From NCBI GenBank assembly GCA_902805855.1, contig CADCUJ010000078.1:8500-72499 (forward strand): DNA of 64,000 bases. The letters run 5' to 3'. The stretch's first letter is position 1, and each line of letters starts with the position of its first letter. This document shows, piece after piece, positions 49,523 through 59,140 of the stretch. The notes below the pieces were generated by a model. That model was not told the origin of the DNA. It made no database searches and saw only the letters and a list, made by a program, of their open reading frames with translations. Both the position numbers and the translations under genes were made by a program. The DNA comes from an uncultured Nocardioidaceae bacterium. GTDB taxonomy: Bacteria > Actinomycetota > Actinomycetes > Propionibacteriales > Nocardioidaceae.

Positions 49523-52500
49523 GAAGCCGGAGCCCCCTGGGTGTGGCGATGAACCCGGCTGCCTCCAGCGCCTGACGTAACGGGCTCTGCCGCTCACCTC
49601 GCCCGAGGATGTGCTGGCCGTCCGCGCGCTCCACGACCATCTTGCCCAGTGCGCCCCGTCGCACCGAGTCCGCGAGCTCCTGGATGGCAGGGCCGAGGAC
49701 TTCTGCCTGCTCGGCGAAGGTGAGCAGGGTGCGGCCACCTCGCTCCACGTAGACCGCCAGCTCGCCGTCGACCAGCACGACGAGCGCTCCGGCCTTGCGC
49801 CCCGGCCGGTGACCGGTGGCCACCTCGGGGTCCTCGGAGGTGCGCTCGGGCCAGGGGAGTGCGGCGCCGTAGGGGTTCGCCGGGTCGGTTGCGGCCAGGG
49901 CCAGTGCCAACCGCTTCTCACCCGGTGTCGCGCCCGCGTCCACCGAGAAGGAGCGCAGCCGGTCCACAGCGCCGGGAATGCCGAACTGAGCGGCCCCGAG
50001 AGAGGCGACGAAGTAGCCGCGGCGGCAGCGCCCGGAGTCCTCGAACGCGCTGAGCACCCGGTAGACACCGGCGAAGCCTCCGGGGACCCGTTCGCTGGTG
50101 ACCGCGCCGCGGGTCACCACTCCGTGGCGCTCCAGCAGCGCCTCGGCGCTGGCGTGCGCCCGGCGGGTGGGGTCGGGCTCCACCTCGGGCAGCAGGGACC
50201 AGCGGCCGGCAGCGGTGGGCGCTGACCCGCGGCCCGATGACCGGCCTAGCGGTCGGCCCGGTGACCGGCCTGTCGGGCGTGCCGGAGCCGTCCGGCCGCG
50301 AGGCGGCGTACGACGGGCACGGTGAGCGCCGGCGCCGGCGGCGACCAGGCTGCGCAGCGGGGCCAGGGTGTCGTTGCCCACACGGCCGGCCCACACCAGG
50401 TCCCACAGCGCCTGGAGCAGCGCCGGCTCGGTGATGGAGCCGGCTGAGCCAGTCGAGCCGCCTGAGCCATCAGAGCCATCAGAGCCACCAGGGCCACCAG
50501 AGCCGGCTGAGACGTCGGGGGGCTGGGCGGCACCGGTGCGGCGGACCAGCTCCACGAGCTGGCGGAAGAAGTACGCGCCCCCGCCGTCAAGTGCGGCGAG
50601 CACGGCCTGGTGCACCGGGTCGGGCTCGAGGGTGCCTTCCGCCGCCGGGTCGGGCAGCGTCAGCGGCGCCGAGTCGGCCAGGTGCAGCGACACCCAGCCG
50701 TCCGCGCCGGGAAGGGTCCCGTGCCCGGCCCACACCACCTCGCCGGTAGCGGTCAGCTCGTCGAGCATCGCGGGCACGTAGTCGGCCACCCGACTGCCGA
50801 GGACCAGCGGTTCCAGAGCGGAGGCGGGCACCGCGCACCCGGCGAGCTGGTCGACGGCGGCGAGCACTCCGTCGACGCCCCGCAAGGTGTTCCTCGGACT
50901 GGTCTCGGACCGGCCGCTGCGGACGTTCTGCCACACCGGCAGGAACCGGCCCAGGGTTGCCGGCTCGACCGGCTCGACCTCCTTGCGCAGTGCCGCGAGC
51001 GAGCGGCGTCTCAGTCGGCGCAGCACCTCGGCGTCGCACCACTCCGCACCGGCGCCGGCTGGCCGGAACTCACCTTCCAGCACCCGGCCCTGGGAGGCCA
51101 GTCGGACCAGGGTCTGGTGCACGACCGCGACGCCGAGGCCGAGCCGCTCGGCGACCTCCCCCGCCGTGAACGGACCGTGGGTGCGGGCGTGTCTTGCGAC
51201 CAGGTCACCGAGGGGGTCGACCACCGGCTCGGTGAACACCTCGGGCGTCCCGGGTGGGGCGGGGACACCGAGCCCGTCGCGAAGGCGGGCGACGTCCTCG
51301 ACGGCCGTCCACCGCTCGACACCGGCGACGCGGACCGAGACCACCCGCCTGGCCTCCTCGAGCATCGCCAGCCAGGACTCGACGTCGGCACCGTCCGCGC
51401 TGCGGGCACGCACCTCCGCGGTGGAGAGCGGACCGAGCAGCCGGAGCAGGTCGGCCACCCCCTCCGGGTCGCGCGCCCTGCGGTCGGCGGCAAGCCGTTG
51501 CAGCTCGGCCTCCAGCGCCATGAGCACCTCGGGATCGAGCAGCTCACGCAGCTCGGCCTGCCCGAGCAGCTCGGCCAGCAGCCCCTGGTCCAGGGACAGC
51601 GCCGCGGCGCGGCGTTCGGCGATGGGTGAGTCGCCTTCGTACATGAACGCGGCGACGTACCCGAACAGCAGCGACCGCGCGAACGGCGACGGCTGGGAGG
51701 TGGACACCTCGACGACCCGGATGCTCCTGGCGGAGACCTCGCGCATCAGTGAGACCAGAGCCGGCAGGTCGTACACGTCCTGGACGCACTCCCGGACCGC
51801 CTCCAGGACGATCGGGAAGGAGGGGTACTTCACCGCGACCTCGAGCAGCTGCGCAGATCGCTGCCGCTGCTGCCACAGCGGAGACCTACGACCCGGGTCA
51901 CGCCGGGGCAGCAGCAGTGCCCGGGCGGCGCACTCGCGGAAGCGGGAGGCGAACAGCGTGGAGCCGCCGACCTCCGCGGTCACGAGGTCCTCGATCTCGT
52001 CCGGCTCGAACACGACCACTTCGGCGTTCGGTGGGTCCTGGTCGGTCTCGGGGACGCGCAGCACGATGCCGTCGTCGCCCGGCAGGGCCTGGGCGTCGAT
52101 ACCGTAGCGCTCGCGCAGGCGGACCCCGATCGCCAGTGCCCACGGCGCGTGCACCTGGGCGCCGTACGGAGAGTGCACCACGATCCGCCAGTCCCCGAGC
52201 TCGTCGCGGAACCTTTCGACGAGGATCGTCCGGTCGTTCGGAAGCGTCCCGGTGGCCTCGCGCTGCTCGCCGAGAAAGGCAACCAGGTTGCGCGCGGCCC
52301 AGGAGTCCAGCCCAGCGGAGCGGCCGCGAGCTGTCGCCTCGTCGTCGGACAGCGCGGAGAGCTCCCGGGTGAACGCGCCGATCGCCGCGCCCAGCTCAGC
52401 CGGGCGACCGATCTGGTCGCCCTTCCAGAACGGCAGCCGACCCGGCTGGCCCGGAGCCGGTGAGACGAGCACTCGGTCGTGGGTGATGTCCTCGATGCGC

Positions 52501-54380
52501 CAGCTGGTGGCGCCGAGCGCGAAGACGTCGCCGACCCGGGACTCGTAGACCATCTCCTCGTCGAGCTCGCCGACCCGGCTGCCGCCTCTGTCGCCCGAAC
52601 CTCCCGAGACCAGGAAGACGCCGAACAGGCCACGGTCGGGAATGGTCCCGCCGCTGGTCACCGCCAGCCGCTGTGCTCCGGGACGGGCGGTGAGCGTGCC
52701 GGCGACCCGGTCCCAGACGATGCGCGGCCGCAGCTCGGCGAACTCGTCGCTGGGGTAGCGGCCGGACAGCAGGTCCAAGGTGGCGTCGTACGCGCTCCGC
52801 GGCAGGGCGGTGAACGGCGCCGCTCGACGCACCGCCTCGAACAGCGCGTCCGCGTCCCACTGGTCCACCGCGGTGGCCGCGACGACCTGCTGGGCGAGTA
52901 CGTCGAGCGGGTTGGTCGGCACCGCCAGCGCCTCGATGGCGCCCGCCCTCATCCGCTCGACCGCGACCGCGGTGTGCACCAGGTCGCTACGGTGCTTGGG
53001 GAACAGCACGCCGCGGGAGACCTCGCCGACCTGGTGGCCGGCGCGGCCGACCCGCTGCAAAGCCGAGGCGACGCTGGGCGGGCTCTCGATCTGCACCACG
53101 AGGTCGACCGCGCCCATGTCGATGCCGAGCTCGAGGCTGCTGGTCGCCACGACGCAGGCGAGCTCACCACGCTTCAGGGCGTCCTCGATCAGCGCCCGCT
53201 GGTCCTTCGAGACCGAGCCGTGGTGGGCGCGGGCGATCACCACCGGCGCGCCGTCGCTCTGCCCTGACTGGGCCATGATGGCGGCCGGAATGCGTGCCTG
53301 GGCGTTCCGGCCGGGCGGGTCCTCGGCAACCGTGGCTTCGGCGCGGTCGGTGGCGATCTCGTTGAAGCGGGCGGTGAGGCGCTCGGCCAGTCGGCGCGAG
53401 TTGGCGAACACGATGGTGGAGCGGTGCTGCTCGATGAGATCGACCACCCGCTCCTCGACATGGGGCCAGATCGAGGCCCGAGCCTCGCCCTGTGCGGCGG
53501 AGCCCTCCGGAATCCCTGCCTCGGCGTCCTGGGCGGGTGCCAGCGCCAGCTCGGCCATGTCCTCGACGGGTACGACGACCTCGAGGTCCCACTCCTTGCC
53601 CGATCCCGGCGCCACCACTTCGACCGGCCGCACGCCGCCGAGGAACCGGGCCACCTCCTCGATCGGACGCACGGTGGCGGACAGGCCGATCCGCTGTGCG
53701 GGCTCTTCGAGCAGCTCGTCGAGGCGCTCGAGCGACAGCGCGAGGTGGGCACCCCGCTTGCTTCCGGCGACCGCGTGCACCTCGTCCACGATGACCGTCT
53801 GCACGCTCCGTAGGGACTCACGCGCCTGGGAGGTGAGCATGAGGAACAGCGACTCGGGTGTGGTGATCAAGATGTCGGGGGGAGTGGTGGCGAGTCGTCG
53901 CCGGTCGGCGGCGGGGGTGTCTCCGGAACGGATGCCGACGGTGATGTCGGGCACCTGGGCGCCGAGACGGTCCGCGGTGTGCCGGATGCCGGTCAACGGA
54001 GCGCGCAGGTTCCGTTCGATGTCGACCGCAAGCGCCTTGAGCGGCGAGACGTAGAGCACGCGGCAGCGGCTCAGCCTCTCGGGCGGTCGGGGCTGCGCCG
54101 CGAGCCGGTCCAGTGACCACAAGAATGCCGAGAGCGTCTTGCCGGAGCCGGTCGGTGCGACGACCAGAGCGTTCCGGCCTGCCGAGATCGCCCGCCAGGC
54201 TCCGACCTGCGCGGGGGTGGGCGCCGCGAACGCGGCCTGGAACCACGCCCGGGTCGGCTCGCTGAAGCCGGCGAGCGGGGCATCGGCATCGGCATCGGCT
54301 TGCCCGGCCGCCGGCGCCGCGGGCACACCGGCGCTGCGCGACGTACTCTCCCGGCGGGTCACCGCCTCATCCTCGCCCAC
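49515..54380 (-). CDS. lhr: Lhr-family large ATP-dependent DNA helicase
   Basis: APTGSGKT, DEVH and SAT helicase motifs, a long Lhr-type C-terminal extension, about 1600 aa, followed by nei as in mycobacteria. The promoter reading suggests the true start may be the in-frame GTG at 54362. Confidence 0.93.
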   Translation of the reverse strand: MGEDEAVTRRESTSRSAGVPAAPAAGQADADADAPLAGFSEPTRAWFQAAFAAPTPAQVGAWRAISAGRNALVVAPTGSGKTLSAFLWSLDRLAAQPRPPERLSRCRVLYVSPLKALAVDIERNLRAPLTGIRHTADRLGAQVPDITVGIRSGDTPAADRRRLATTPPDILITTPESLFLMLTSQARESLRSVQTVIVDEVHAVAGSKRGAHLALSLERLDELLEEPAQRIGLSATVRPIEEVARFLGGVRPVEVVAPGSGKEWDLEVVVPVEDMAELALAPAQDAEAGIPEGSAAQGEARASIWPHVEERVVDLIEQHRSTIVFANSRRLAERLTARFNEIATDRAEATVAEDPPGRNAQARIPAAIMAQSGQSDGAPVVIARAHHGSVSKDQRALIEDALKRGELACVVATSSLELGIDMGAVDLVVQIESPPSVASALQRVGRAGHQVGEVSRGVLFPKHRSDLVHTAVAVERMRAGAIEALAVPTNPLDVLAQQVVAATAVDQWDADALFEAVRRAAPFTALPRSAYDATLDLLSGRYPSDEFAELRPRIVWDRVAGTLTARPGAQRLAVTSGGTIPDRGLFGVFLVSGGSGDRGGSRVGELDEEMVYESRVGDVFALGATSWRIEDITHDRVLVSPAPGQPGRLPFWKGDQIGRPAELGAAIGAFTRELSALSDDEATARGRSAGLDSWAARNLVAFLGEQREATGTLPNDRTILVERFRDELGDWRIVVHSPYGAQVHAPWALAIGVRLRERYGIDAQALPGDDGIVLRVPETDQDPPNAEVVVFEPDEIEDLVTAEVGGSTLFASRFRECAARALLLPRRDPGRRSPLWQQRQRSAQLLEVAVKYPSFPIVLEAVRECVQDVYDLPALVSLMREVSARSIRVVEVSTSQPSPFARSLLFGYVAAFMYEGDSPIAERRAAALSLDQGLLAELLGQAELRELLDPEVLMALEAELQRLAADRRARDPEGVADLLRLLGPLSTAEVRARSADGADVESWLAMLEEARRVVSVRVAGVERWTAVEDVARLRDGLGVPAPPGTPEVFTEPVVDPLGDLVARHARTHGPFTAGEVAERLGLGVAVVHQTLVRLASQGRVLEGEFRPAGAGAEWCDAEVLRRLRRRSLAALRKEVEPVEPATLGRFLPVWQNVRSGRSETSPRNTLRGVDGVLAAVDQLAGCAVPASALEPLVLGSRVADYVPAMLDELTATGEVVWAGHGTLPGADGWVSLHLADSAPLTLPDPAAEGTLEPDPVHQAVLAALDGGGAYFFRQLVELVRRTGAAQPPDVSAGSGGPGGSDGSDGSGGSTGSAGSITEPALLQALWDLVWAGRVGNDTLAPLRSLVAAGAGAHRARRTPPRGRTAPARPTGRSPGRPLGRSSGRGSAPTAAGRWSLLPEVEPDPTRRAHASAEALLERHGVVTRGAVTSERVPGGFAGVYRVLSAFEDSGRCRRGYFVASLGAAQFGIPGAVDRLRSFSVDAGATPGEKRLALALAATDPANPYGAALPWPERTSEDPEVATGHRPGRKAGALVVLVDGELAVYVERGGRTLLTFAEQAEVLGPAIQELADSVRRGALGKMVVERADGQHILGRGERQSPLRQALEAAGFIATPRGLRLRA
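50440..50510 (-). repeat. 9-nt in-frame repeats encoding a GSGGPGGSDGSDGSGGSTGSAGS linker inside lhr
   Basis: The + strand reads gagccatca gagccatca gagccacca gggccacca gagcc. This gives a low-complexity Gly/Ser/Asp insert. Confidence 0.8.
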
Positions 54381-54391
54381 GCCACCGACAA
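54369..54391 (-). promoter_or_regulatory. RecA-independent DNA-damage (RecA-NDp / PafBC-type) promoter: TTGTCGGTG-N8-GAGGAT
   Basis: The minus strand reads cacTTGTCGGTGgcgtgggcGAGGATgaggcGTG. The upstream element matches tTGTCRgtg exactly. An 8-nt spacer leads to a -10-like hexamer (TAnnnT with a first-base mismatch), and a GTG follows 5 nt later. Confidence 0.6.
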
Positions 54392-54487
54392 GTGCCCAAC
54401 GCCGGGACGTCTACGGTGGAGCGAGCGCACCCTGCAAGGGTTCCCTTGGAGGCGGGGGACCGACACAGGCACGTACGACGGAGCGAG

Positions 54488-54895
54488 ATGACGACCTTCA
54501 GCGGGATCGCCCACGTGGCGATCGTGGTCCGGGACATGCAGCGCAGCGTCGGCTGGTACCGGCGGGTGCTGGGCTTCGAGCCCGCGAGCGAGGTGCTCCC
54601 CGGACCGCCGGCGGCACGGCACCCGCGGATGCTGCTGCGGCATCCGGACAACGGGCTCGTCGTGGGGGTGCACGAGCCGCTCGACCGGACCGGTGACCGG
54701 TTCGACCCCTCCCGGACCGGGCTCGACCACTTCTCGCTCGCGGTCCGCGACGAGCAGGCGCTCGCAGCGTGGGCGGAACGGCTCGACGACCTCGACGTCG
54801 AGCACTCACCGGTGCGCGACCTCGGCTACGCGAGCTTCGTCTCGGTCTTCGACCCGGACGGCATCCAGTGGGAGCTGTGGGCCGCCAAGGAGTGA
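54488..54895 (+). CDS. VOC/glyoxalase family protein
   Basis: GIAHVAIVVRDMQRSVGWYRRVLGF and GLDHFSLAV..FDPDGIQWELW motifs. Confidence 0.82.
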   Translation: MTTFSGIAHVAIVVRDMQRSVGWYRRVLGFEPASEVLPGPPAARHPRMLLRHPDNGLVVGVHEPLDRTGDRFDPSRTGLDHFSLAVRDEQALAAWAERLDDLDVEHSPVRDLGYASFVSVFDPDGIQWELWAAKE

Positions 54896-54958
54896 GACGC
54901 ACCGCCCTGGCGGAAACCCAGGTGAATCCGGTCGGCTGCCGAGGTTAGGCTCGGCGCC

Positions 54959-55930
54959 GTGTCACAACGTTCTCGGGAAGCCGTCGACTCGGTCGAGGAC
55001 CTTCCGCCTCCGGTGATGATCGAGGCCCGAGACCTACGCAAGTCCTTCGGCGGCTTCGAGGCCGTTCGTGGGATCGACGTGGAGGTGCCACGTGGCGAGG
55101 CCTTCGGATTCCTGGGTCCCAACGGTGCCGGCAAGACCTCGACGATGCGGATGGTCGCCGCGGTCTCCCCGCCGACGTCGGGCCGGCTGAGCATCCTGGG
55201 GCTCTCACCCATCGACGACGGGCCCGCCATCCGCGCGCGGCTGGGAGTCTGCCCGCAGGAGGACACCCTCGACAACGACCTGACCGTGCGCGACAACCTG
55301 GTCGTCTACGGCCGCTACTTCGGGCTGCCCAGGACGGAGGTCTCCGCTCGCGCCGACGAGCTGCTCCGCTTCATGCAGCTCACCGACCGTGCTGGTGACA
55401 AGGTCGAAGACCTGTCCGGCGGGATGAAGCGCCGGTTGACCATCGCTCGGTCGCTGATCAACCAACCGGACCTGCTGCTTCTCGACGAGCCCACGACGGG
55501 CCTGGATCCGCAGGCACGGCACGTCGTGTGGGACAAGCTGTTCCGCCTCAAGCAGCAGGGCGTGACCCTGGTGCTGACCACGCACTACATGGACGAGGCC
55601 GAGCAGCTGTGCGACCGGCTCGTGGTGATGGACGGCGGCCGGATCGTCGCGGAAGGTTCGCCACTGTCCCTGATCCGGCAGCACTCGACCCGGGAGGTCG
55701 CCGAGCTCAGGTTCGGTGTCGGTGAGCACGAGGCGCTCGCGGACCAGGTCGCCGACCTGGCCGAGCGGGTCGAGGTGCTGCCCGACCGGCTGCTGCTCTA
55801 CACCCAGGACGGGGAGGGGACGCTGGCGCGGGTGCACGAGCGCGGGCTGAACCCGGTCGCGGTGCTGGTGCGCCGTTCCACGTTGGAGGACGTCTTCCTC
55901 CGGCTGACCGGTCGAACCCTGGTGGACTGA
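54959..55930 (+). CDS. ABC transporter ATP-binding protein (DrrA/NodI-like, ABC-2 type)
   Basis: Walker A GPNGAGKTS, signature LSGGMKRRL, Walker B LLLLDEPT. Confidence 0.92.
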   Translation: MSQRSREAVDSVEDLPPPVMIEARDLRKSFGGFEAVRGIDVEVPRGEAFGFLGPNGAGKTSTMRMVAAVSPPTSGRLSILGLSPIDDGPAIRARLGVCPQEDTLDNDLTVRDNLVVYGRYFGLPRTEVSARADELLRFMQLTDRAGDKVEDLSGGMKRRLTIARSLINQPDLLLLDEPTTGLDPQARHVVWDKLFRLKQQGVTLVLTTHYMDEAEQLCDRLVVMDGGRIVAEGSPLSLIRQHSTREVAELRFGVGEHEALADQVADLAERVEVLPDRLLLYTQDGEGTLARVHERGLNPVAVLVRRSTLEDVFLRLTGRTLVD

Positions 55931-56739
55931 TGGCGACCACCCTCGCGCCGGGCCGCGCGACCATGGTGCTGCGCCAGGTCGACTACTGGATCACGGTCTA
56001 CCGACGCACCTGGAAGGGCACGGCGGTCTTCTCCTTCCTGATGCCGCTGATGTACGTCGGCGCGATGGGCCTCTTGCTGGGGGAGTACGTCGACCGGTCC
56101 GGTGCCGGGGCGGCACGACTCGAGGGCGCGGCGTCGTACCTCGCCTTCATCGCCCCCGGCCTGGTGGCCGCGCAGGCGATGCAGATCGGGGCCGACGAGT
56201 CGATGTGGCCGGTGATGGGCCGGCTGAAGTGGCACAAGACCTACTACAGCATGATCGCCAGCCCGCTCTCGATCGGCGACGTGGTGACCGCCCAGGTCCT
56301 GTACTCGCTGTTCCGGGTGGGGTTGAGCTGTGGGGTGTTCCTGCTGGTCCTGACTCCCTTCGACGTGTACGAGTCCGGGTGGGGAGCCGTGCTCGTGTGG
56401 CCGGTCTCGCTGCTCGTGGGACTCGCGTTCGTCACCCCGGTGCTCGGCTTCTCGGCGGGTCTGTCGAGCGAGCAGGGCTTCGCCCTGATCTATCGCATCG
56501 GCGTGGTCCCCATGTTCTTGTTCTCCGGAGCGTTCTTCCCCATCTCGAACCTCTCCGAGCCGCTGCAGTGGTTGGCGCGGGCCACCCCGCTGTGGCACGG
56601 CGTCGAGCTCAGCCGAATGCTCACCCTCGCTCAGCTCGACCTGTCCATGGCCGCCGTGCACGTCTGCTACCTGGTCGCTGTCGGCGCCCTCGGCTGGTGG
56701 TGGTCGGTGCGCCGGCTGACCCGTCGGCTGGTGATCTGA
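55930..56739 (+). CDS. ABC-2 type transporter permease
   Basis: Six hydrophobic segments. TGATG coupling to the ATPase gene. Confidence 0.85.
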   Translation: MATTLAPGRATMVLRQVDYWITVYRRTWKGTAVFSFLMPLMYVGAMGLLLGEYVDRSGAGAARLEGAASYLAFIAPGLVAAQAMQIGADESMWPVMGRLKWHKTYYSMIASPLSIGDVVTAQVLYSLFRVGLSCGVFLLVLTPFDVYESGWGAVLVWPVSLLVGLAFVTPVLGFSAGLSSEQGFALIYRIGVVPMFLFSGAFFPISNLSEPLQWLARATPLWHGVELSRMLTLAQLDLSMAAVHVCYLVAVGALGWWWSVRRLTRRLVI

Positions 56740-56740
56740 G

Positions 56741-57547
56741 ATGGCGGTAGCGGCACTCGCGGTGAGCAGGGCCGTGCGGCGCGACGGTGCGACGGCGCCG
56801 TGGCGGATGGTGCAGCGCAACTACCTCGTGCACCGACGGACCAAGGCCTTCTTCCTCACCGGGTTCCTCGAGCCGGTCTTCTACCTGTTCTCGATCGGAG
56901 TGGGCGTCGGCGAGCTGGTCGAGGGCTTCGAGCTCAACGGGCGGCCCATCGGCTACGCCGCCTTCGTGGCGCCGGGAATGCTCGCCGCGGCAGCGATGAA
57001 CGGTGCGGTGATGGACTCCACCTTCAGCATCTTCTTCAAGATGAAGTACCAGCGGCTCTACGACTCGGTGCTGGCTACGCCGATGCGCGCCGTCGACGTG
57101 GCCCGCGGCGAGGTGGCCTGGGCCCTGATGCGGGGAGGCGCCTACTCGGCCGGGTTCTTGCTGGTGATGCTCGCCATGGGCCTGATCGAGTCGTGGTGGG
57201 CCCTGCTCGCGCTGCCGGCGACGCTGTTGATCGGGTTCGGGTTCGCCGGCGCGGGCATGGCGCTGACCACGTTCATGCGCTCGTGGCAGGACTTCGAGTA
57301 CGTCATGTTGGCGATCATCCCGATGTTCTTGTTCTCCGCGACGTTCTTCCCGGTGACGTCGTACGACGGTGCGCTGCGCTGGGTCGTCGAGGCCACGCCG
57401 CTCTACCGAGGGGTCGTCCTCACCCGGGAGCTGACCACGGGGGCGTTGTCGTGGGACTCCGCGGTGTCCGTGCTGTACCTGGTGGCGATGGGTCTGTTCG
57501 GGCTGGCAGTCGCCTCTCGCCGGCTGGGGATGCTGCTGCTCAAGTAG
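56741..57547 (+). CDS. ABC-2 type transporter permease (second subunit)
   Basis: Paralogous to the preceding permease (PMFLFSGAFFP / PMFLFSATFFP). Three-gene DrrABC-like layout. Confidence 0.85.
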   Translation: MAVAALAVSRAVRRDGATAPWRMVQRNYLVHRRTKAFFLTGFLEPVFYLFSIGVGVGELVEGFELNGRPIGYAAFVAPGMLAAAAMNGAVMDSTFSIFFKMKYQRLYDSVLATPMRAVDVARGEVAWALMRGGAYSAGFLLVMLAMGLIESWWALLALPATLLIGFGFAGAGMALTTFMRSWQDFEYVMLAIIPMFLFSATFFPVTSYDGALRWVVEATPLYRGVVLTRELTTGALSWDSAVSVLYLVAMGLFGLAVASRRLGMLLLK

Positions 57548-57596
57548 CAGCCACGGCGGCCATCGCGGTGTGCGCCCGCCAGGCATACTGAGACCC

Positions 57597-57791
57597 GTGC
57601 GGCACACGGAGTTCTGGACCCGGATGGAGCACGTGCTCGGGCCCGCCTACGCCCGGGCGTGGGCACACAACCAGGTGATGGCCGGCCTGGGTGGACGCAC
57701 GGTCGAGGAGGCGCTCGCCGCAGGGGAGAGCCCCAAGACGGTATGGCGCGTGGTCTGGGAGACGCTCGAACTGCCGGCCTCCGAGCGATGA
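57597..57791 (+). CDS. DUF3046 domain protein
   Basis: VRHTEFWTRMEHVLGPAYARAWAHNQVMAGLGGRTVEEALAAGESPKTVWRVVWE. The GTG at 57597 is preferred over the track start at 57570. Confidence 0.75.
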   Translation: MRHTEFWTRMEHVLGPAYARAWAHNQVMAGLGGRTVEEALAAGESPKTVWRVVWETLELPASER

Positions 57792-59089
57792 GCCGATCCC
57801 TCGCCGGGGAGTCGGCCGCTCTGGGAGGGGAGCGGTGGACCGGTCCCGAAGTCGAGCGCGTCCAGCGTCGCACCCTGTGGACGCTCGTCGCCGCGCAGAG
57901 TCTCGGCGGTCTCGGCATCACCATCGGCATAGCGGTTGCCGCGGTGCTTGCCGAGGACATCTCCGGGTCGGCGAGCCTCGCCGGGCTCGTGCAGACGGCG
58001 CAGGTGCTCGGAGCCGCAGTCGCATCGTTCCTGCTGGCTCACCTGATGGGCCGCCGAGGCAGGCGCCCCGGCCTGGCACTGGGCTACCTCCTCGGCGCCG
58101 GCGGAGCTGCGCTGTGCGTGGTCGCCGGCGCGTTGGACTCCTTCTCGCTCCTGCTCGTGGGAGCTGTCCTGCTCGGCTCCACCGTCGCGGCCAACGCCCA
58201 GTCCCGCTACGCCGCGACCGACCTTGCCAAGCCGTCCCAGCGGGCCCGAGCGCTCTCCCTGGTGGTGTGGGCGACCACGGTGGGAGCGGTGCTCGGCCCG
58301 AACCTGACCGGCCCATCCGGGTCACTTGCCAGCGACCTCGGCCTGCCCAGGCTGACCGGACCGTTCCTGTTCGCCGTGGTCGGCATCCTGCTCGCGGCCC
58401 TGGTGATCGGCCTGCTGCTGCGCCCAGACCCACTGCTCGTGGCCCGGGAGGCAGCACTCGCCGCACAGGTCGGCCCGAGGACCGGCACCCACTGGTCTCG
58501 GGTCAGCCGGGTCGCCCGCGAGCACCGAGGAGTCGCGGCAGGGGTCGCCGCACTGGCGCTGGCGCACGCGGTGATGGTGGCGGTGATGGTGATGACACCG
58601 CTGCACATGCACCACGGCGGGGCGACACTGGAGATCATCGGCGTCGTGGTCAGCGGACACGTGCTGGGCATGTTCGCCCTGTCCCCACTGGTCGGCTGGG
58701 GCGCCGACCGCTTCGGCCGACCGGCAATGCTGCTGGCGGGTGCGGGCATCTTCTTGGTCTCGCTCGTGTTGTCGGGCGTCTCACCGGAGGGGGCGTCTCC
58801 GCAGATCGGCCTGGGGTTGTTCCTGCTCGGGCTGGGCTGGTCGTTGTGCACGGTCGCCGCCTCGACTCTCCTCTCGGAGTCCGCGCCCTCGGACGCGCGC
58901 ACCGACATCCAGGGTGCCGCCGACCTGGTGATGGGTGTGGTCGCCGCCGCGGCTGGGGCGCTGGCCGGAGTCATCGTCGGCACGTTCGGCTTCCCCGCCC
59001 TGAACGTCTTCGCGGCGTTCCTGGTCCTGGGCATCATCGCGGCTGCCGAGCTCGCCCGTCGCGACCCGGCCGTGGCCGCAGCCGGGTAG
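57788..59089 (+). CDS. MFS transporter
   Basis: About 12 predicted TM segments and a GRRGRRPG loop 2-3 motif. The ATG overlaps the DUF3046 stop (ATGA). Confidence 0.85.
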   Translation: MSRSLAGESAALGGERWTGPEVERVQRRTLWTLVAAQSLGGLGITIGIAVAAVLAEDISGSASLAGLVQTAQVLGAAVASFLLAHLMGRRGRRPGLALGYLLGAGGAALCVVAGALDSFSLLLVGAVLLGSTVAANAQSRYAATDLAKPSQRARALSLVVWATTVGAVLGPNLTGPSGSLASDLGLPRLTGPFLFAVVGILLAALVIGLLLRPDPLLVAREAALAAQVGPRTGTHWSRVSRVAREHRGVAAGVAALALAHAVMVAVMVMTPLHMHHGGATLEIIGVVVSGHVLGMFALSPLVGWGADRFGRPAMLLAGAGIFLVSLVLSGVSPEGASPQIGLGLFLLGLGWSLCTVAASTLLSESAPSDARTDIQGAADLVMGVVAAAAGALAGVIVGTFGFPALNVFAAFLVLGIIAAAELARRDPAVAAAG

Positions 59090-59140
59090 CACGACTCGGT
59101 CTCGGTCCAGGACGAGCCGGCGGGTGAGAGACTGCGGCGC

